A DNA stretch of 55,778 bases, filler included, from Sphacelaria rigidula (lineage: Eukaryota), in assembly GCA_964200075.2 (NCBI GenBank). It is 6 parts of 6 records of this genome, joined end to end, with 100 filler letters (N's around TTAATTAATTAA, not from the genome) between each part and the next. Parts side by side here need not be neighbours in the genome. Positions count along the whole stretch, not along the records: positions 46,567 to 55,778 come from CAXNAA020009034.1; 5 more parts are not named here. The stretch is one strand, 5' to 3'. The notes below the pieces were generated by a model. It was not told the DNA's origin. It searched no databases and saw only the letters and a program-made list of their open reading frames with translations. Positions 46,931 to 55,778 of the stretch are shown piece by piece. Each line of letters begins with the position of its first letter. Position 1 is the stretch's first letter. A program made the translations under genes and the position numbers.

Positions 46931-48249
46931 CGACATAGTGTGTGTGGGGGTGATGCTTGGTTGCACAAAATAATGGGGTCGCGAGTGTGATGTACCACCT
47001 TACACAGTAGGAAATGGACTTCTACATGTGTGGAAACGGGGTCGAGTGGTTTGAACAGAACCTTGATAGTGAACAAGAGCATTTGCATGGATATGTTCCG
47101 CTCGCAACGACGTTTTCAAAGCGGCTCCTTCGTGCAACAGTTTACAAAAATAAGCCCGCCCCCCTCCCGTCGTAGGATCAGTGGATTGAGCCCCTTGGGT
47201 CGGCTGTGGTTTGTCAGCTGCTGCCTTACTGATGGTCGCCGTGAACCCGACCGAATCTTGTACATAATCGAAGAATTTTGTGGTCGATGGTGGACCCATA
47301 TCTGAAATCGAAATGATGGATGCCGAAATAACCCCCCCAAGAAAAGTGGCTAAGTTGGGGAGGCAAAATGTACTTGTAAATCAAAAGGACAAAAAACGCC
47401 GAGCACACCAAGCACCTGCGAACTCCCACGCGTGGTATCCTTTTCGCCAATTTCGTCCGAATGAGGCGCCTCATGGAGTCTGAAGGCAGGGGTCATACGC
47501 TCTATGGTCATATTCTAGGTGACCGTTTAGGGGCTGGTCTGTGGGGTAGACAGACCATCGCGGTATCACTCAAATCGAGATCGAAGTCCCTCTCGATTTC
47601 GATTTTGCTGCTCAAGATACGGTCTAATAAAGATCCCCAAAGTCTCCGTAGTATATCCCAAACTCTTCGTGGGCCCTTTTACCGCGAAGAGTTTGGGACT
47701 TCAACCGTGGACAGAATCAAGAGACAAACTTGTGGTTCGTTGGAACGAGTGGATTCAGGCCGTGTCTTATCAAATTGTTTTTGACTCGAAAACGTACGAT
47801 GGAATCAAATTTGCTCGTACCTGATATGCCCACGGCATTCATGTTCTCAACCATCTCAAAAAATTAGTAGCGTGGACGAATCAGAAACGAGCGGATTCGA
47901 TTGGACCGCACGTTTTCGACACAATATTTTTGACAAGACACTGCCTCAGAAGAAGTGCTTCATGGCCATGAGCCAATCAAAGCGATCAATTACCACTTGA
48001 CAGATGCGCTTCTTCGCTTCTGCGAAGAATCGTGGCGCACGGATCGATTTTTGCATTTTTCATGTTTCACACACACACACACACACCCCAGCGCGCGCGT
48101 GCGTGGTCGCTATGCTGCACATGAGGAAGCAGTGGGTTTTTTCGCGGATCACGAATCTCTGGAGGTGCGAACAACCAGCTGTCACACAACCACCTCGGTT
48201 GAAGTTATGCCAGCGTCGAGCGACTTCCTTCGACTCAGTGGGTAAGCCG

Positions 48250-51200
48250 GGTTGTTCCACCACGCTGCCGGACACAACATACCTTTGTGGGAGGAGCCCC
48301 GAACTGCCCGTGGCTAGCAAGAGAGTGACTGTGCTGGCGATAATCGACACTGCATCGGCGACTCGTAGTAGATTATTGCTGGGGTGACGCAGGGTTCCAA
48401 TCGCTGTGGTATCGTTTACGCGCACGCAAGACAAACTACGACGCAAGGTGAAGCAGTTGCGGTCTGCGCTTGTGACTCTGTTATGTAACGGTTGATGGAC
48501 CAGATTCCAATGATGTCCCACTAGCAGCAACGTACGACGCTCACGCCAAGTCGGCCAGCGGATAACAGATGTTCGCGGTTTCTTCATCAACTTTTGTACT
48601 TGTACTCAAATGTGAGTGCGGGTAGTGGCTAAGTGGGTAAATGTCTGCGAGCTAGCTCGTTGCTTACGGCGAGTTGACTGCAAAACGTTTTCACCGCAAG
48701 TATCCAACAAGGCCGTAATCAAATGCAGCCGCCCACAAGGTGCCTGTACTGTGACGTAAATGGGTTGGCTATGGATTTCACAGTTGTTTTTCCTGTTTGT
48801 GCTGCACTATATATACGTATGCACCGTACGTACTTTGTACCCATCAGGTGCTCCGCAACCACAGTTGGAGGCGAGAAAAGACGCAAGAAGGTGCACATGC
48901 GAAGTTGTCAATTTGGTCGGGAAAACGTAGATACTACCATCGTGCACCGTATGTTTGCGAGAAGAGTGAACAATCTCAGTTCCCCCCCCCGCTCTCTCGG
49001 ATGGAGCAAACGTGATGAAGAGCTGGCCCTGTCAGTTATTCACGACGGGGTTGTCGTTCCTGTTGGAGAGAGCCGACGTCGAATACACAGTGTGCCGCAT
49101 TTAGGTGGATAACATACGTGCAGCGATCGTACTGGTCCGGCTTGTTTCAGCAACCAATTCGGCATTGTGATACCACTTCTTAGGTCGTGTCTTATTGACA
49201 CCAGAAAGAGAAGTGTAGACCAAAGCAAGCGTCCAAAAGCAGCATATTGGTTAGCCGCCGCAGCTATAGACCCGCCCAGCAGCAGCCGATCAAGATGCTG
49301 CCTCTGGACGCTTGTTTCGTTTTTCGCTCTTTTTGGTGTCTCGATAGAACAAGGTTACATGAGAACTTGAGAGTCATGGTATGATGGGGACACGGGCGGG
49401 ATTTTGGCCGTTTCTTTTGCACGAAATTCCGCTTCAAATCGTCGTTGAGAGCAGTAACGGTTGTTCGGACGCGCTTGTTACCGAGAACAGACGCTGTCTC
49501 ATCCTGCTTGACACCATTTTTATCCAAATGCAAGCACACTCCGAGTGTGTAATGTCGTGTGACACACCTTTCCACTTGCTCTATTCTTCGTGGAATCAAA
49601 CAACCCCCGCCCCTATCGACTCGCAAATAACACGTCGACATTTTTGCTGCCACTGGCTCCGAAGCATCTTCGAAGATGCAAACCACGGGGTACTTCCTCC
49701 AAAGAGAAAATGCTGGCGTTTTCGATCCCAACAGACAGGATATTTCACCACCGTTTCTGCGCGTGTCTTTCATCCGCGCACGAAGCTCCGATTTGTCGCC
49801 CAACACTCGCCCGACTTTGAATGGTATACGTCAAATACAACCTCCTCCGTTGCCCTTAGCCGGGAGTTGAGCACACAACACCGCTCACACAGTATCCATG
49901 TTGGCATAAGAAGCTGCTAGAAGTACACATCTGAGGCGCGGTCGTGACTCGGTAGCTGGTGGGGTGCTACCGCCGGCATACGTGTCGTCTGACTGCGCGG
50001 TACTGACTGTTGTCTTTCAGCATAGTATGTGACACCTTCACCGCTTCCGGTTGCTTGTTGTAGTCCGGTAAAAAATGGCCGTGGCAAAGTGCTTTTGTGG
50101 TACTTCGACGTCGTTTCACCTCGCAACGAGAGCTAGGCGCAAGTGGTACTACTCTGAAATGACTTGATACACTCGTTGAGACGGTCCCGTGTTACCTTTG
50201 CGTGTCCCGATTGCCGCAGTATTTTCTTCGGCCAAACTTGCAGTTTCTCCAACAAAGGTGCAAAGTTCACGACAACTTGGAATTTTGCGCGGCCAACAAC
50301 TGTCTTGAAAACGTCACTGTCGTTGTTATTGTACTCGTCAAGGTGGTTTGAACCATGAGATTTACAAGTTAGCACACCGCTGGATTCACCCCAACGTTCG
50401 CAGTAGTAGGCAGCCGGCCAACACCGACCAGCCGTCGGCATAATGTATGTGCAAGGTGTCGCGGATGGCCACTCTGGCCGCAATATCGGACGCTGCTCAC
50501 TGAACCCAGAGTGGAGAGTGGAAGTGACGCAGGTGTTAATTTTGCCGGCTCGCTCTATCATCGGTGCTCTAACCCGCACCGGAGGAGTCTGAATCTCTCA
50601 CCCGGTTTGGCTTAGACGACGAACAAGGGAATCGGTCTTTCGAAGAACCTTGGCTCAGTGTGAAGCTTCACCAAACAACGGTTCGAACTGTTGGGCGAGG
50701 TGGGCGCCACCTCAGAGACTATGGCGGGCACTTCCAACACAGTCTGTCGTTCATACTGTCGAAAGTGTCGCATGTGTCAGAGATGTTTTAATGATAATTA
50801 TACAATGGATGAGACTGGCGACCGTATCGGAGTTGTGCCACCCGACACACTAGGCTGCACCGTGTGGCAAGAACAGCAAGCGAACTGACTTTCTTTTTTC
50901 ACCCTGGTCAATATCCGCCGAGAGCTTGCATAATACTTCGAAGTATTTCATTTTGAATCATGTCTCCTCACGCCGAAATTGTCGGCGACACCTGCGATGC
51001 TGTCGTCCACGAGTGTAATGTGAGCTACGGTGCGAAGATGTTGGATGGCGTTGGATAATGTTGGCGATAGTAACGTCAAGGTGTCGTTGTTACTGTACTA
51101 TTTGCACTGGCCCCAACTGCGTGTAGCACGAACAAGCAAGCCGGCTTTTTGAGAACCTTGGCCAAGGGGTTACCAGGGGTTGCATTGCATAACAAAAATA

Positions 51201-52600
51201 TTGCATCTGAATCAAATTTTCGAAGTTCGTTGAGATTGTGATGCTGTCGCTCACTGGTGGTGTGGGCGGCAGTATAGTATCGCAATTTCTACATGCGTCG
51301 CGGCACTAGTTTGGGCGACGGTACAGTCGTGGTGTTCAAGGTGTCGGCGACACGACATACTGTTCTGTTTTCGTCGGCCGGCACGTTTATCGTCCCAGCG
51401 ACACCTCCAGCAATCAATATGTTATTGCCGACACTCCCGGCATCATCCCGGTACTGCTGACCGGCGCTTGTGTAAAGCCACGCACAATACTTTGTATCAT
51501 TTTTTTCGGGTTGTAACGAAAACAGGTGGTTGCGCCTGAGGTATCAACCGCTGTTCACCATGCAAAAAATTGGCCCGTGTGATGACAATCACATATATCA
51601 TGTTGCATGACTTTTGGTCGGTCACGTTATGTACACCAAAGATACTCGGAGCCCCCACCACAGGCAAGCCTATATTCATCGCAGGCACGACCTTCAACAA
51701 TTGACCGTACCAGGACTTGACCATAGTGTCTTCTTCAGTTCCTAGATCAAAGCGACGGTCGAATGTCTGCTTGATGAGGAAGCACCCCCTACGACTTCTC
51801 CTACTTGCGCTGTTGTTGTGTAGGCAAGGGCAAAGAGTGTGAAGGATAAGAGTACGAAAAAGGTGCTGAGGCGGAGAATGATGAGGTCACGTCCATGCCA
51901 AGACGGCACAAGACAGGATCTAACAGTACAATCACTGACTTTTCTGGCGTAAGATCAGATCGAACAATCGTACACAATTCCTCTGGAAGGTTGAAGATTT
52001 GTTTGCCTCGACAAGGTCAAAGGATTGCAGACTGACAGGATCAACAGCAAGTTATCAGCATCTTTGCGCCTTCGTCAATGTCACGTTATTTATCACCCCC
52101 GCAACACAGCACAGTAAAGCCAGCAAACTGAAGGGAGCACGGAAGCACAGTTCCAGAGGCGTTTTAGAAAATTTCTATGTGCTACTTTCCTCGGCACTCC
52201 AGCTCAGTTATATCGACTACAGCGCACAAACTGGCGATAGATACGTCGGTCTTCGCTGGTACAACACGCTGGTCATTCTCCACCCTGATTCCGCCGCAGA
52301 GTAGCCCATGGCGTACTCGTACACAGTATCCTGGGCCGTATGTCTTATCGAGACGAAAAAAAAGTGGGAAAAGGAACCAAGCAACACAGCTTGCCGATCC
52401 ATAACCACCATTTTAGGACCTAGTGGGGATTCACAAAACTGGCTCTCTGGAAACATCGGTGATTATTTCCGCGCTACCTCTTGCTCATGTACACCAAGTA
52501 GTGCTGTGTGTTTGACGGAAATGCGTTCGGTATTGGAACCGGGCCGACCGTTTGTGTGCACAAAAGCTAAGCGCAGAGAAGGGCAAAAGATCACTAGTAT
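48250..52600 (-). pseudogene. Long decayed coding relic of unknown identity
   Basis: Several protein-like minus-strand stretches with scattered stops (ORFs 49264-49806, 50133-50579, 51497-51724 and intervening frames), and an acceptor-like ACAACAG near 51810. No recognisable domain. Confidence 0.3.
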
Positions 52601-54332
52601 TTGGGGAAGGGGGAAGTACCTGTAGTACACCACCCTAAACTAGGAACACCAAAATTATTTAACCGTTAGACTGCGGTGCGGGTAGCCCATTTGGATCGGG
52701 CATACTTTTTTCTAGTCAATATTGATGCCGATTCAGCAGGTGACCTACCCTCGCGGTCAAAGGGTTAACAAGCGGCTCGACACGAAATTCGAGAAACAAA
52801 TCAGCAGGTGGACAAGAGCAAATGTAGAGGCATAAAAAACGGGAAGATAGTGGCTCCGAAAAATTGCAGGGAGAGTTCACAAGAGAGGGAACAGCTGAAC
52901 TCAAGAACAGAAATGCAACGCAGGGGCAGACGAAGGAGTGACCGCATTTCTGAAGTATCGGGGAGAGGGAATGATTGCCATGGTGGTTACTGAACTTGTC
53001 CTAGGGATCGCTCCCCCCCCGCCCTCACGGACTGGGCGGTGGGGCCAGAAGGTGTTGGATGTGAAGAAATGTTGGAGCGGAGGGAAATAAGTTGCAGGAG
53101 GCGGGTGTAGTGGGTAGTGCAGGACGTGAAAAGGACAGTTTGCAGGAGGGAGATATGCGGAACGTGCTGCTCTCTTCGCGGAATGAATTTGAATGCATCT
53201 TCCTATTGTTGATGACTCCAAGTAGGTATTATGTGTGTTCTTGGTTAGGGTGGAGACAATGTACCGGTGTAGGAGGAGGAACAGACTGGAGATGAGGGAG
53301 ACGCGTTGTCCATGAATCATATTTTTCTGAACGGAAGATATGGATTTTCGAATAGTCGAGGAATGCTTGATGACTGAAGAGAGAGATGAATCGGGAAAGA
53401 CAGGAAGCGAAATAGAACCTCAGCCGTTGTAACTAATTGTAGGTGATGGGAAACCGAAAGTGAGATGCAAGGGGAAACCCGGGTATCGGGGAAAAACCCG
53501 TCGCGAAAGCATATACACAGAACCGGAAACCAACCCAGATGCAAGGGTAAACCCAAAACCCCCAGGACATAAAAACTCCTGGCCAAACAAGGGCGAGTGA
53601 AAAAAATATCCCTGGACCCCCCCCCCCCCCCCCAGCAGCTCCTCATTTGATTGTTTTTTTTCTCAAACCAGACAACTGTTTATCGGCCTTTGGGGCGTCA
53701 GTTGCTCAGCAAGACGTTGTCGAAACAATGCGCACGAGCCGTGCGTGGTTCGTTCGTGTGTTTCACGAATAAAATTGGATGGTGTGCAGTGGTTTGAGCA
53801 GTGTTGGGTGTTGTTTTCGATGAATTCATCAATAATAGTTATTTGATGATTCAAGATGATTTAAGCAAGCAAGTAAAAATGATCACGCCAAATGAATAAC
53901 GCAGATCCTCCGGCAACACCCCCTCAGCCTCACTAGTGCGGCCGTTGCAGTGGTTGCTGCGGTTACAGACGGGTTAAGGGTTTGTGGTTCGTCGCAACTG
54001 CCCCCCTCCCCCCCCTCGATCTTTTGCCACGACTAATTAGTCTCGCCGCGTTTTTGCGAAAAATCCTTGGCTCTGCTTGTTCCGGTGTTAGAGTGCCGAA
54101 CTCTATTCATGTGACTCACTTGGGTTTGCTAGGATTCATGATCAGGTTGCGTCAAGCAATGGATCAAACGGTTAATGTTCGCTTACACAGCGTACTTCTA
54201 GCCCAACACCAAACCAAGACTTGCCGAGACCGCGACTGTTTTGTTTCTTGCTGCTTGTGCTTGGGCGTGCTCTGCAAGTGAAGTAACTCTTCCCCGTTCG
54301 ACCTATTCTAAAATCAAGTAACTTGTGGTTGA

Positions 54333-54489
54333 GCTTGGTTGCATCAAGTATATAGGACTTAGTATAGAACCGGAACCTGCCAGTCCGCTTGGTTGCATTG
54401 AGTGGATTTAGTATAGAACCGGAACCTGCCAGCCCGCTTGGTTGCATCAAGTATATAGGATTCAGTATAAAATCGGAACCTGCCAGCCC
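54333..54489 (+). repeat. Tandem repeat, three units (54/49/54 bp)
   Basis: GCTTGGTTGCAT...AGTATARAAYCGGAACCTGCCAGYCC starts at 54333, 54387 and 54436. Confidence 0.93.
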
Positions 54490-55170
54490 GGACACGGTCC
54501 CAACAGTGCTACCACGCCCCCACCCTCCCCAGTCGGCCTCAAATGGAAAAAAGTGAGTGTGGGTCCAGGGATTTTTTTTCAACCGCCCTTGTGCCAAATG
54601 CAGTACATGTGCCATATAACCTCTCAATTTATAACATACAAGAAACAGAACGAATGATGTATCTCCTACTAATGAAAGATGGGAATGCAAAGAAATAACG
54701 TCGGCGGTAAGGCACTGAATGGAACGTGGGCATGCCACTGGGGAAGCGGATGGTAGAAAACTTATGCATTCGTATGCCACTACCTTGTCCCTCGTCGTAT
54801 ACGGACTGCCACCTCTGCAAAGAGCCGTGATGAGGGAGAGACCGACATTTGGAGTTGGGCAATTTGAAAATGCCCGAGACAAGCACACATCAACCACACA
54901 GCAGATCCACCAGACCAGCAGGGAAGTATTGCGCAAGAAGAGAATTGTTGATTCGCTCACACAGCGACGAACGGGGCGACTCTTGACATGTGTATGACGT
55001 GGGATACGACCCCCGAGCGTGGTCCGAAATCAATATATTTTTTGCGCCTGTTCAAAAATCGAGACAAAACAGACCATCGTGCGGGCGTCCATATGAAGGT
55101 TTGGGTTTAGATTTCCTGTGAAAAACCCGGCTATATCAGTATAGGACATCATAGAGAAGGGTGTGATGCG

Positions 55171-55778
55171 TGTTGGCATGTGCAGATCTGCTGCTGGGGC
55201 GGAGTTATCGAGAGCCGAAGCAGTGGGTCAGAACTCCGCAAGTCTGGGCCGACGACAGGAAGCATCCACTCACTGCCGTGTGCTCGCCATCACAGATCCA
55301 ACCTCCTAAATTGCGAATCCGCAGCAGTAGCTGGTACCGTTGGCTACTGCTGGAGACTCGTACTTGATTGAGCAGGTGAGGGTCTGTGGTGGCGAGTACA
55401 GCACTGCAAGATATTCGCTGTGGGTGCAGATTGCGGAGTTCTGGAGGAGGTGCTGCTGCGTGCTGCTGCGTACTGCCGCGGTTCTCGATAGCTCGTTCCC
55501 TGCACGAGATATAAGCATGTCAACACGCATCGCACCCTTCTTTAGGCTGCCTTCTACTCATAGCGCCCGTGAAGGTACAGGAGAGGTCAGGCGGCGAGAG
55601 TACAGCAGTGACAAGGTTTGCGTCTGTCGTGGTGAGTACGGCATATTGGGGATATAGTTGTGTGGGTATCCCTGCACGCGGGATCAGAGGCTTAACTCCA
55701 CCGACGGTAGCCGGATCCAGGAGACGAGAAGCTTGGATGCAGAAGTACCGCAGTACTTCAGAGCAGAAGACAATGGTT
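55171..55778. mobile_element. Possible LTR truncated by the contig end
   Basis: Starts TGTTGG with an abrupt shift to GC-richer sequence and internal GAGTACAGCA subrepeats. No second LTR, PBS or TSD visible. Confidence 0.3.

Noticed and set aside
1-55778. A multi-gene defence or viral island linking the retroelement, ankyrin-like gene and RNA-binding genes
   Set aside because: These lie on different concatenated contigs, and no viral hallmark gene (capsid, polB, packaging ATPase) was seen.

Overview
This window is not one locus. It is six unrelated, size-sorted assembly contigs (1-9214, 9315-18528, 18629-27841, 27942-37154, 37255-46466, 46567-55778; 9212-9214 bp each) joined by an artificial 100-bp spacer (44 N + TTAATTAATTAA + 44 N), so nothing can be inferred from adjacency across spacers. 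The DNA is eukaryotic, intron-rich and repeat-rich, most consistent with a brown alga or other photosynthetic stramenopile (inference from GC-rich exons with GT-AG introns, a bipartite-type targeting leader and the gene families present). Recognisable content: (i) a frameshifted Ty3/Gypsy pol fragment; (ii) an intact, intronless F-box-like plus 14x27-aa ankyrin-like gene of the giant-virus/brown-algal type; (iii) the first exon of an exportin-4-like gene, divergent from a large first exon of a probably plastid-targeted SAP/Rho_N-like protein split by a G11 frameshift; (iv) five exons of a Gly/Gln-rich, possibly Pumilio-like gene whose last visible exon runs into a transposon repeat; (v) a 906-bp exon of Q/N/P-rich heptad repeats; (vi) decayed transposase-like and LINE relics; (vii) many MITEs, foldbacks and satellites. 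The most striking unannotated pattern is that several otherwise unrelated small TIR elements, spread over all six contigs, share the terminal architecture G-N7-CTRCGATAG, with 4-bp target-site duplications where both ends are visible. A cluster of eight TCGCGA palindromes contains the same CGATAG half-site. No rRNA, clear tRNA, CRISPR array or multi-gene novel system is supported.
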